Assembly (NCBI GenBank): GCA_013265495.1
Contig: MU058781.1
Coordinates: 10,087,009 to 10,151,008 of the forward strand
Direction of reading: 5' to 3'
DNA from: Vicugna vicugna
Lineage: Eukaryota
DNA: 64,000 nt
Within the stretch, counting starts at the first letter, position 1. Each line of letters begins with the position of its first letter. A program made the translations under genes and the position numbers. The notes beneath the pieces are model-generated. The model searched no databases, was not told the origin of the DNA, and saw only the letters and a list, made by a program, of their open reading frames with translations. Below, piece by piece: positions 40,350-52,453 of this stretch.

Positions 40350-41150
40350 TACGTGTATGAGGGAGTGGATTGAGACATGAACAAGCCATGATCCTACCTT
40401 CCATGATCACATAGCCTATGCCAGAAATGGAAATACAAATAAATACTTACCATCGAGTTTAATAAATAGTATAATAGATGCATCTCCATGGTCCACTGAT
40501 GGACCAAAGGAAGGAGTAGCAGATTAAGTCTTGATGGATCATTTAAAAAAAGTTAAGAGACTGGGGAGAATTTACCCAAATTTTGAAGGAGAACATTTTT
40601 GCTGAGATGTCAGGTGGGTGGAGATTCAAGGCAAAGGTAAAATCCACCTTGGATGTTAACCTGTATCCAGTGAGATGCCATTTATAGATTTTGAGCAGTG
40701 TAGATACCATCCATCCATATCCAGTATTATTATATTGATAATGGAGGAGACTTTATAGAGGAATTAATCTGGAATTGGACATATCATTGAAAGATGATTG
40801 CAACATTTAAGAAAAAAGGGTGCTATTAGACTTGAACTAACTAAGTGGCAGAGAAACTGGAGGGGAAAGGATGTATTTGAGACAAATGTGAAGGGATTCA
40901 TTGGGAGAATTTGCTGAGTGGTTGAATGTAGAGCACCAGGGGAAACAAGAGCCAAGGCATCACTCCTAGTTTCTGCCCTGGGTGACCAGTTAGATTGTGG
41001 TGCCATTAACTTGGATAAGGATTGCAAGACAGTGAACTGTGATGGAGAAACAGACAACTGCTTCCATCTTGGATGTGTTGACATGAAGTGCCTGTGGGCA
41101 GACGTTGAGGATTCATCTTTATAAGGATTAAAGTGGAAAGATCAGGGATA
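40350..41150 (-). mobile_element. L2 LINE remnant
   Basis: gattttgagcag..., tagtttctgccctgggtgaccagttagattgtggtgccattaac, ttggatgtgttgacatgaagtgcctgtggg motifs. Confidence 0.65.
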
Positions 41151-41439
41151 TTTGGTTAACATTTAGGTTTAAAATACTCCCCTCTCCCCAATTGTAATCT
41201 TAGTTTAGTTGGATGAAGAGGTGCTTTAGGAATGAGACAGCATATGCAGAAGGGGGCCTACGGCCCAGAGTGGGTAAGGGGACGTGGCACAGTGCAGCAT
41301 GAATAATTTCAAGAAGAAAAAAGGCAAGGAATGCACGAGCATTTTTAAGGATAACTGAAGACACTCTGTTATGCATATTTAGAGCTAAGAGAATGTAAGC
41401 AAAGGGCATGTTATATAATATTAATAAGTGACACAGTGA

Positions 41440-42640
41440 AACAGAGTAAACAGTGATTTTTCTTGTGTCTTCACAAAAGAATGATCTTCAGATTTAAAAT
41501 GGGCAGAACAGAGATGGTAAAAAGGGTATTGGATCCAAAGATAGATGAGAGAGATACTTAAGAGACATCTATTTGCTTTAAATGAGTTCCTGTCTTCAGG
41601 CTTAGATTATTCCAGGAGACTGAAATAATTTCCAGATGTTATTGTAGGGCCATTACTCAGAATCTTTGAGGAGTTATGAAGAACGGGTCCAGTGCCAGCT
41701 GCCTGGCATCTAAATGGTAAGGACCTGGCGATCAGGCCTTTACGGTTAGTGATCTTCTGTCTGATTCCTGACAAATCCTTGAGTGAATTACTTATACATC
41801 TTGTTTGTGGGTGTTGAGAAAATAATCAGTCACTGGAAGGGCTTAAGAAAAATGCATTAATAGAAAGTCATTTCATTTTTCTTTTTCAAGAAACAAGAAG
41901 TTTAGAGAGAGCTGATACCTGGGGTCAGGATCAAAATGGAGTGTTTCCGCTTTGAAATCATAGACCCATGTGAAATAGACCCCGTGTGAAAAATACAGGA
42001 GCCGATGTCAAAGTCCTCAGTTTAGGTTTAAAAAAAAATCAAATCAAGTGGAAGGATGTTGAGGATCTGACTTAGAGCAGTTAAAGTAAAAAGGTCTGCC
42101 TATTTGGTTGATATTTAGGTTTCAGAGAAATACCCAAAACTGTAAGTCACTTTGCCTTTATAGACAAGTATCACCTCTAACAAGGAAGAAAACAGCTTTA
42201 TCTGTCGTGGTAAAGATCCCATTTCACCTATTGAGCTATCTTTTGAGGACTATATTTTAAAGGGACAAAAGGATCTGGAAATTATGTTGAATGAATAATA
42301 GTTCAAAGAGCTAATTATGATGTTTAGGCCAGAGAAGATATGTTATGTCTTCAAATATTTGAAGACATGATAAGAGATTGGGCTCCTCATTTTCTTTAGC
42401 TCTAGAAGTGAAATTAGTATAATGAGGTATGATTAAACTCAATATTGAAAGAACTTTAAAAAATTAAATTGTCTAAAAATAATGAACTGCCTGATGAGAA
42501 ATAAGATTCTTTTCAGTAGCAGTCCTCAGACACAAACTAATGACCACTTGACAAGTATATGGAACAGGAAATTCAGCATCAGATGGGAGTTTGAAACATA
42601 TTATTTGCTCCCTATCTTTTTAACTCTAAAGATTCTTTTT
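41440..42640 (+). mobile_element. CR1/L3 LINE remnant
   Basis: ccaggagactgaaataatttccagatgttattgtagggccatt...aatctttgaggagttatgaagaacggg (CR1 RT-like); 3' end ...aactctaaagattct. Confidence 0.65.
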
Positions 42641-42751
42641 AATTAAAAAAAAAATTTCCATGGGTGTTCATATACTAAAACTGCTAGTATCTGTTACATG
42701 AGAAAGTATATACAGCAATAGAAAAACATTTGGACCCAGAACTACTACTGA

Positions 42752-42863
42752 TACATATATATATATATATATGTACATACATATACATATGTATATATGT
42801 ATGTATATATATATACACACACACACACACACATACATACATACATACATACACATACATACA
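42752..42863. repeat. Compound microsatellite (TA)n/(CA)n/(CATA)n
   Basis: Read directly. Confidence 0.95.
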
Positions 42864-45800
42864 TTACAATGGCTGAAAAGTATTTTTATACTTTTATACA
42901 AATTAAATTCTCAAGACGCGTATTTATTGTATAGGTGATGCCCGCTGCTCTTTTGGATTCATGACTCCTGTAAACAACCACATGTCCTCTCATGTTTCCA
43001 AGGTTCAGATTAAGAACTGAGCAAGATAATAAAATTGGCATTCATAGGTCTGGGTGGTACCTGAGAATTTGCATTTTTAACCGATTCTGAGGTGACACTG
43101 ATGCTGCCAGGAGACAGATCCCATCTGGAGTAGCAATAAAGTATTCCAGGTTCAGAATTTGTCTTCCCCTGAGTTTTACCCTTTATCCACGTCCGAAGGT
43201 GATACTGCTCCCTGTGGATAATTTAGAACACAGTCCCCTGGCCTAATCTGAATCCTGGGTTTACCATTGATCAAGCAGAATGATCTGGAAGGAACTCCTT
43301 CAGATTGCTGATTCCTTCATGAGGTTGACATGTAAGGATCCTATGAAATCAGAACAGTGAGATGCTTAGCATAGTAGCTGACATATAGCAGTCACTCTAA
43401 ATGTGTGGTTAGTGATGATTTCAGTGGCAATGAATGTAAAGGTGATGATGAGAAATAAGTAGAAAGAGAATACAGCCATTTCTTCTGTAACACAATGTTT
43501 GTTCCTAAAAAAAAATGCACATTAAAAAAAATAGAGTTCAGGGAAAGAGACTGTCCAGCAGATCTTTGTAATCAAAGCACTAAAATAACAGAATAATGGT
43601 TTATTCCTGGGGTGTTCATTCAGATGGCCTAGGCAGAAGCTCAGCATTGCTGAAAGCTGCCACCATGGATATTAAAACTAAGCAAAACCATTACAGAAGA
43701 AATCTGGCAACACTGTAACGAGAGCAGCATTAATGGGTGTGGAGAGGTCTGGGGTGGTGAGGCTGACAATAAAATGGGCAAGAGGGGTAGGCATTCCAAG
43801 GCAGCTTGAAGTAAGAGCCCAGAAGACTGGCCTCGCCTTTCAGATTCCTCCAAGTACAGTACTGTATTGGCTGAACTGATTTTTTTTTTCCTTTCTTCCT
43901 GAAGGTTATAATTCTACTTCTCCTATTTTGTACCCATTCATGCCTGGGGGTGGGGAGAGCAGGAATCCCATATAAACCAAGCTGACTTCTGCAGTTCACT
44001 AACATTGTTCTACTTAGAAAACTGTACTACAGAATGAGTCACTAATTTTAGTTACCCAAATCCGCAGTACAGCAGAACCGAACGTATTGGGTTTTATAGT
44101 CTACATTGAATCTGGAAGACACTGAGAAGGAATGCTTCCAGTAGCCTTCTTGGATTCGCTAAGATCCAGGTGAGAAGACCCCCCAGCTTACTGTAGTGGA
44201 GAAAACCTCTTGCAAGCAATTGACCAATAGAAACAAAGGGGCAGAGTCGCCAGTCGCAGGGGCCCTTGGTTAAATCTCTCCCTTACATCTTCCCTTCTTT
44301 TGTGCTCCCTTCGTGGGTGACGCCCAAACTCAATTTAGAAGCATTTTCTCCTAGTTTAACTCATTCCTAAACCCGCTCTCTTCATCCCAAACTGCGTCAT
44401 TATGCAGCTTCCGTAGATGACAGCAACATAGGCTGGGCAAGGGAGCATCTTCAAAGGGAACCGAGAGGATCAGGTGTGACTTTTTGGTAGGCAACCTCAT
44501 TCCCTTTGGGAAGGAAAGGATTAAAAAACTACATATAATCAAAAAGACTGCGGCTCTTGGCCCAGCATCCGGGCTCACTGTAAAACTTGACGGCCTTGCC
44601 TTGATGTGAGCTTAATCAGAGGCCTGCAGTTCGGCACAAGGCGAAGTTTTCCTCCACTTGTTTTATTCTAAATAGTTTCCAAAAGCTCCCATGGAACACA
44701 GACTGTGGCTTTGATCCGGGATCTTATTCAGGACTGACGTTCCCACGAACAGCTCCGGCTCGGAGCAGCTTCTGCCACTTTTGAAATTCTCATTTCAATT
44801 CAAATTCCCCGTAATCTTTACAGGCAAGAGATAGACCTCCAGCGAGGAAGGGAAAGTGAGACAGTGCTTACGGGTCCACAAGGCCCTCAGATCAAATGGA
44901 CCCATCCAGGCAGCAGGAAAAGAGTAGAAATCCCTGAAGAAAAGAGCAAGATAACTTGATGTGTGCCGAATGCCTTCGAGATCAGGGTTTCTGACTGACA
45001 CTTGGTTCGGATAAATCTGCAAAATGTGTATGAAGGTTTCCATAGACCTTGCAAATCAGAAAACAAGTAGTCAGGCTATCTCTTGCAAGATTTCTGAATT
45101 TTGAGTGGGGAGCACATTTGGGGGATTAAAAAAAGAAAAGGGCTGATGCGGTGAGCAGCGTGTGTGGAGGGAAGCACCCCTTGCTTGCATTCATTTTATG
45201 GACATTCCTAAAATCTATCCTTAGAGGTTTTTTCCCACCTCTCTTTCCACAGCCTCTTCCAAATTGCACACTCCAAAGCCTCTCCTTGTCCTTGGTAATT
45301 TGAGGAACTTTCTCTACATTCGAGATACCGGAAGATGTTTGGAAGTTACGCACACTGAGAGCAGATTCACCTTTTGTCAAGGTTGATACACAGGAAATAC
45401 GCAATCCTCTTTCTGCTTTTCACCTCTGGCTGCAGAGCAGTGGGTCTGATCTCTCATTTGCCTCTTTTGTTACATGACTTGGATACTCTTGGTTTTCCAT
45501 TGAGCTTTCCCACCTCTCTGTGCCCTCATCCATTCTGCTCTGGATTTGGTGGCTTTTGGTGACTCGACATTTACACTAGAGGGTTTCTTCGCTGACCTCT
45601 CAGGTGCGGAGACCTGTTCTTCGGACTCCGTGGACACCAGCCTCGGGGTTCTGCTCTTGTCTGGGCTCATTGGTTTCTGCACCAAAACAGGAAAAGACGG
45701 TTATTCCCCTGTCATGCTCTTCCTACTCTTAACTTTGGGGGGAATAATATGAGATAGGCTTTCTTGGCCCCAAATCTGATTTTTCCAGGAGAAGAGTTGA

Positions 45801-46264
45801 CAAAGCGCAAACTAACGGTGACTTAATTGTATCACTGCCCTTCAGGATACATTTGGGGCATGTTACGGTGTTCTAAGTCACAGATCAGTCACTGGGTAAG
45901 GATGATGCGACAACCTGTTACTTCCTGAAACTATTTTCTTTTTCCCTCTCCATTCCTTCTGCCATAGATGAGGACCTTATTCTTGATCACCAATAGCTGC
46001 TTAATTAGTCCTCTGCCACCAGGCCTAGTCCTGTTCACGTCGTCACCAGAGGATAGTGTCCAAAGTGTCAAGAGTACAGACTGATAAGGTCTTTCTTTTG
46101 CTCTGTGGTTTAAATCATTTCACTGTTCATCCAGCATTTCTATCAGCATTTCCTAAAGGGCTGGGAATCAGAGAGGAACTTTAGCAAATAAATAAATGGC
46201 TGAATCTGTCTTTAAAAAAAAATTGATGTCCTGAAACCCCCTCTTGGGGATTCCATGTGCTTTT

Positions 46265-46479
46265 TTTTTAAATTTTTTTATTGAAGTGCAGTTGATTTAC
46301 AATGTTAGTTTCAGGTGTACAGCAAAGTGATTAATTATGCATATACATACATGTATATATATTTTTTCTCTTCAGATGCTTTCCCATTATATGTTGTTAG
46401 AAGAAACTGAATATAGTTCCTTGTGCTGTACAGTAGGTGCTTGCTATTTAACTATTTTATATATAGTAATGTGTTTTTA
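46265..46479 (-). mobile_element. Short L1 3'UTR insertion with 11-bp TSD
   Basis: Reverse complement of the 6.2-6.5 kb L1 3' end motifs; CATGTGCTTTT at 46254-46264 and 46480-46490, followed by A. Confidence 0.88.
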
Positions 46480-47175
46480 CATGTGCTTTTATATCGGAGC
46501 TGATTCTGAAGAATTCTACAGTGAAGAAACTGGCTCAGTTCAGAATTTTCTTAATGCAGTTAATCATGGAATCCCTTTTCAGGTTTAACCTACTAAATAT
46601 CTATGGTACTGATTTCCAGACACTTGGGTAACGCTATCTAGGATAAAAGACAGCCGGCTCACCCTGTAGCCCTGGGCATGTCCTGGCATGTTATTTCCTG
46701 TCTGCCTATCCTGCCTGGCTTTCCACCCCTGGAGGCCTTGCACTTTGACATTTTACCTGAACCAGGTGAGCAGAAAGTTGTCACCTTAGCCTATCTCTCT
46801 GCCTAGTGTTTCTCTTTCCTTTGTCTAACTGGTAAACTTCCCTCTCCCATCTTTCCAAACCCAAAATAGATCCTTGCAAGGGGACTTCTTTATTAATGCA
46901 TGCCCATTCGGCCCCCTCCTTCCTTCTACCACTCTGCCCATTCCCCTCCACAATTTGGTGGACTTCATAGACTGGTTTAGAATTGTGTTTGTGGTTGTAA
47001 TGTGTTCATCTGGCTATGAGTGTCTTGATGAAAGGGGTTGAGTCTGTGTACTCAGGTTCCGAGATAATGCCTGGAGCACTGGAGGGGCTTAATAGATGAT
47101 GGCAAAACAGATGAATCGCTACATACCGCACGTTGGTAACATCATTCTGGATTCTGAACTTCTGTTTGGTGTCTT

Positions 47176-47370
47176 TTTTTAAAACTTTTTTTGGGGAGTG
47201 GAAGGTTATTAGGTATATGTATTTATTCATTTTTTTAGACTTCTTAGGGGGGAGGGCGAGGTAATTAGGTTTATTTGTTTAGTCATTTTTTAATGTTGGT
47301 ACTGGGGATTGAACACAGGACCTCATGCATGCTAAGCACACACTCTACCACTGAGCTATACACTCTCCCC
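47176..47370 (-). mobile_element. tRNA-Ala-derived SINE (camelid Vic-1-like)
   Basis: Minus strand GGGGAGAGTGTATAGCTCAGTGGTAGAG (A box)...GTTCAATCCCCAGTACC (B box), then AATAAACCTAATTACCTC tail; 13-bp TSD TGTT(T/A)GGTGTCTT at 47163-47175 and 47371-47383. Confidence 0.88.
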
Positions 47371-50345
47371 TGTTAGGTGTCTTAAGTTAGATTAACATGT
47401 GTACATCTAGAGAAAAAGCGAAAATATCCTCATAGGGAAATGAGATGTGTGAGGTGTATGTGTGTACACACCTGTATATATACACAAGGATATGTACACA
47501 TGCATAATACTGAAACATAGATTATATGTTTGCAAGGAGCATTCACAAGCGTACACCATGCCTTCACAGACCTTTTCTCCAGCCATAAAACACAGCTATT
47601 TAATAACAGATTATTAGGAAATATAGGAAGAAAAGCTTCACTGAGGGCAACAAAACACATCAGCTGTCTTAGACATAACACCTTGGGGGGTTTAGACTTT
47701 ACACATAACCTTAGCTTCTAAGGTCTCGTCCAGACAGCAGACCTGCAGCATCCTGAACAGATTTCCACTTATCTGCTTGGGCTGGGCTGACCCCTTTGGA
47801 AATCGAACACTGCTCCAGGTATTGATCCAGGCACACTGACACTGGCGACGTTCCCTTTGTGTGATATCTACAGAGGAGCCTGCTTGAGGGATCTGATGCG
47901 CAGGAGCACCTGCGAGGCTGCTGCTTCCCTCACGGGGCTGGTAGAAGGGCATCTTGGACCGCTTCTATCCCTGTGAGGAAATGGCACAGCTCTGATGCCT
48001 CCCTGACTCTCGTGCCGGGCGCGCTCTGCTCTCCCGCGCTTCTCTTATTCCTGGCGCTCCATCTGGCTCTGACCCTGACTGTAACGTGACCGGTTAGTCA
48101 TGACCTTCACATGCTGCAGCGGTGCTCTGTTCTCCCTCGGCTCTGTCTCTCTGGCCTTAAGCTATAGTGAACTCACTAAGCACGAGATTCCCTTTTCAAA
48201 AAATTGAACTGAAAGGGGTGTTGTTCGCTTTCTGGCCCTCGAACACCAAGGCACTGTTGTGCTCCTTAAAATTGTAAATTATGTCTGTTTAAGAAAATGT
48301 CAGTGTTTTTTAAAACAGAATAACAGTGCTGGAAAAGACTTGGCTGTGCTATTTGCTACCAAAGTTTCATGCAAGAAAAATGATGCATTCATCATTATGA
48401 GCGCCGTCAAGGGCCGTAATGACTGGGACACAATGCTGCTTCAGTTCTTTTAAGTAACATGATGGATTTTTTTTTTCTCCTCTGCAAGTTATCTGAGTAA
48501 TGTAAAAGCTCATAAACTGAGATCCAGGGAAACTCTGTCGATAAGGCACTATACTTAACAACAATTAAAGCGTAAGATACATCTCATATAATTACATTGA
48601 TTTTTTTTTCTATTTTGTCAGAAACAAGACTTTTTCAAGTAATGATTGGTTGTCTAAAATTGGTATTTATTGAGATGGAGGAGGAAGAGATCTGTTGTAC
48701 CACTCAGACATCACTTCTTGTATCTTCAAAATCTGATTCTTAAATAGGCCGATTGGATGATTTTTGAGTACAGAGGTGTGAATAGATATGGGTAATCTGT
48801 GTGATCAACGTAGCATCACTGCCCTGGTAAACATATTATTTGGAATTTCAGCAAGTGGACTCAGAGGTGTAAGAAGGGAGGGCTAAGGGCGTTAACAAAG
48901 GGGCCAGGCCTCTGATTTTGATGGGTCACTGTCCAGTTGGGACCCTGAGCAAGGCTCTTAATTTAGTCATGGATTCTCTGGTGTAAAGCAGGCATCAAAT
49001 GGTCACATTTTATGTGTCTAAAAATATGTGTTAATATCTGTAAAACAAGGAGCTTTACTTTTCACATTAAAAATTGCCTCTCAAGGGTAGATGTAGCACT
49101 GCCCCCCGCCAAGCACATAACCCCTTTCTGCCCCCTGGATAACTCTGCTGCGTTGAGGGATTTATCTGAATTTTCCTTACTTGGCCTCCACGCATGTCAA
49201 ACAGCTGTTGGAATGAATACAAAGGCAGTTGTCTGACTTTCTAGTAATAACCTTGATTTTTTTTTCCCTTGGTGTCTTGAAAGCATTAATAGTGAATTAA
49301 GTTTTACCTTTTCCAGCAATGGGAGTGGCTGTTTTTCCATTAACTAGCACTGAGTTTAATGGGGCTAAAGATATTAAAAGAAACTCTAGCCATATGGAAA
49401 TTTCTAAAGAAGGAAAGAGGAAGGAAGGAAGTTATTTGTTGTTTTCTTTTATTTTTATTCAATTTTTTAAAAGCTCGAAGTACCCCAGAGGAGAGCAGAC
49501 AAGGGTTGTGTGCAAGAAGGTGAAACATATTTGCTGTGAAATAGGATGGAATGTTTACTGAGCTATTTTCCATAAGAATCAAAATGTTTCTGCCCTCATA
49601 TCCCATTTTCACAGCAGTGGCCTTTTAAAAAATGTTGCCTCAGTGACCAGTGGTCGGATTTCATGTGTTGCTCCCTTTGGAAGTAATGGTCCTAGACTGT
49701 GACCAGCTTTGCTCACACTATTGGGCAAAAGCACTGGGAGATGCGCTCCATTTCCAAGCCTGTGGGAGTCGAGTTCATCTCCATCCAATACGGACTGGAG
49801 AAACGTCTAATGGGTTAGGGCGTGGGAGAAAAGTTACCCTAACAGAGTGCTTCCTTGCTGGCCGGATTAACATTTGCCACTGTGCCTGACTCTTGGCCTT
49901 AAGGCTCTGCCTTCGCTGTCATTTGGCCCTGGGTGGATGATGGAAGGTGGCGTGGCAGGTGGACACTGGGCCACGGAGAACCATCCGGTGATGGTGCACG
50001 TGAGCGAGTCCCTGTCCTCTTCCAGCTCTGTCAGGTGAAAGCAGTGGTACAACTTGACTCCAGCAGGACAGCTGTTTGTGATGATTATGCGCAGCGGGAG
50101 GGATGGAATTTAAGACGACAAAATGGTAGAAGTGGTTGTGTTAGGGTAGTGGGTTTAGGTCAGCCAGTTGTTCTGTTTCTCTAGATTTCCTGTAATTTTC
50201 CCTGCATACACGTATGCACACGTGAGCACACCAGTAACAGCAACAAAAACAACGGTAAAGGGTCTTCAGGCAGCTCCCCTACCATGGAAGATTTTGTTTT
50301 ACTCTTCACACGAATCAGTAATCATTAATTTGTAAAAATAAAATA

Positions 50346-50561
50346 CAGTTGATCCTTGGATAACATGGGCTCGAACTGCTTGGGTTCACTTATATGCAGA
50401 TCTTTTTTTTTCAGTGAAAACTGTTCTGCATGATCTGAGATTGGTTGGATCCGAGGATTTGGAACACCCTTACAGAGGGCCGACTGTAAAGTTATATACA
50501 GATTTTCAACTGCACCAGAGGGTCAGCGCCCCTAACCCCTGCATTGTTCAAGGGCCAACTA
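50346..50561. mobile_element. Tigger2-like non-autonomous DNA transposon (TcMar MITE)
   Basis: Terminal inverted repeats CAGTTGATCCTTGGATAA / TTGTTCAAGGGCCAACTA flanked by TA. Confidence 0.85.
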
Positions 50562-52347
50562 TACATAAAAAGTATATAAACCCTGTTATACTACTTTGTG
50601 GGTTATTTTGAAATTCAAATTAAGTGATCAAGTGAAAATACTTAATATCTTATAGCCTATTTTATAGGTAGTAGTTCTTCTTTTGGAAATCAAATTCTTT
50701 TTAAATAGTGACGATGAATATCACCATTGCTTTATTTTATCAGGAATGCACTTCACACACTCATGGGGACTCTGTGAGTTACCAGTTGTGGCCTCACTAC
50801 TGTTATAGTGTCCTACGCTCTTACACTGGTGTAGACATTGCACACACTATAGTGTATAACAGGTAAGGGAACCGTGAGTTAGAGAGTTTAGCCACTAATC
50901 CAGAGTCACACCTGAGATCCAAACCAGGCTGTCTGACTCCTGAGGTCTTAGACTCATTGCTTACCGACTCTCTGAGTCTGGGAACTGAAACTGGCTCAGT
51001 CTGACACCAGTTTACTCATCTTAATTATAGCCATCTGAAGAATGTAGTTTATATATATATATGCCTTTGAAAATGGTAAAATTTCAGTTTAATTTACTGA
51101 GCTTTTCTTTTCAAATATCTAGTAGCGTTGCTATATGTCAGTGAATCCTGTCACTTCTTTTCTAATGCCCAAAGCTAACCAACTTCTTGATTATAGAAAC
51201 ATGACAAAGCTCAGTGATAAATTATATGTAGTAGTCACTTGAAGTAATACTGTGCTTAGGCCTTTGATGTTTCACAGCAGCCTCCAAAATGTGAACACTG
51301 AGTGTCAAATTTGAATTTATTCAGGTGAGAGGATGTTAATTCAAGACTTTATTTTTTTGCAAATGTGAAGATAAAATCTTTTGGTGTCTACCTTTAGTCA
51401 TTAAATGGTGTATGTGTGTGTTTTAACAAAAAAAGGCCAGACCTTTATGTTGTCTTAATTACCAGTGTAATGTTTAAACAATTTCATGTTTTAAAAATTT
51501 CCACCTATGTCCACTACTTTCTCTCTTTAAAGTACACATTAGGTATCTGAGGTCCTTTCACTTCTTTCATTATTAATGGATCCTGCATTAGAAAACCACC
51601 AACTTATTGTAGCTTGTAATTAGAAAAAATATAACTTTATTGTCTCTGACTTCAATCTTATAGAACAATGAAACCAAGAACAGAACACTTTCAGCAAAGT
51701 GTTTTTATAGGATTTTTATCTTCAAAATTGACTGGGACTCCGTGGTTTGTTGTGATGTGTCAAACCACGTTAGTTTGAACTTTTATCAAATCAACTCAGC
51801 CTGGTGAATTTATTTTGTTCTACATTTGACCAAAAGCTTGTTAGTGATAGCATAAACTAGATTTTTAAGGATAATAGTAAAGACTGGTAAAAGTACTAAC
51901 TTAGGAAATACACTATTACAGCTTATCAATGTTAGAACTTGAAAACACCTAAGCAAACCCAAAGCAAGCAAGTAAACAAACAACAAGACAGAAAAGAAAA
52001 GAGCTAAATTCGGAGATATGCAAACAGGCAGTGTAATATTCCAGAAAGGACAGCAGGTCCAAATCTGAAGAAAAGAGTTCCCACCTGAGCTTTAGACATT
52101 CCTGTGAGGATTTAGGTGAATTGTCCCAAGACCTTAGTGCCCTCTACTTCTCAGTGGGGTTGACTGGGCCAAAGAAATGGATGGCTTTCTAACAGTTAAA
52201 GTTCTGTAGGATTTACTAAGGGAAGAAACTGTGTCCTGCACACAAAAACTGTTACAGGCTCTACTTTTGTATGTTTTATTAAATTCCTGTCCATGTAAAA
52301 TTCAGTTTGGGGTAGGGAAGTGTTCTCTGTTTAAAAACCTTTACTTA

Positions 52348-52397
<50 letters not shown>

Positions 52398-52453
52398 GCC
52401 TGCCTGCCTGCCTACCTACCTACCTACCTACCTACCTACCTACCTACCTACCT
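52348..52453. repeat. Compound tetranucleotide microsatellite (CTAT)n(CTGC)n(CTAC)n
   Basis: Read directly. Confidence 0.96.

Noticed and set aside
47290..47370. tRNA-Ala-like sequence
   Set aside because: Has a SINE tail and TSD and an imperfect acceptor stem; it is a SINE head, not a tRNA gene
49810..50160. Scattered TTAGGG-like hexamers
   Set aside because: Not tandem; no interstitial telomere array
51741..51769. 9-bp inverted repeat CGTGGTTTG...CAAACCACG
   Set aside because: Short enough to be expected by chance in 64 kb
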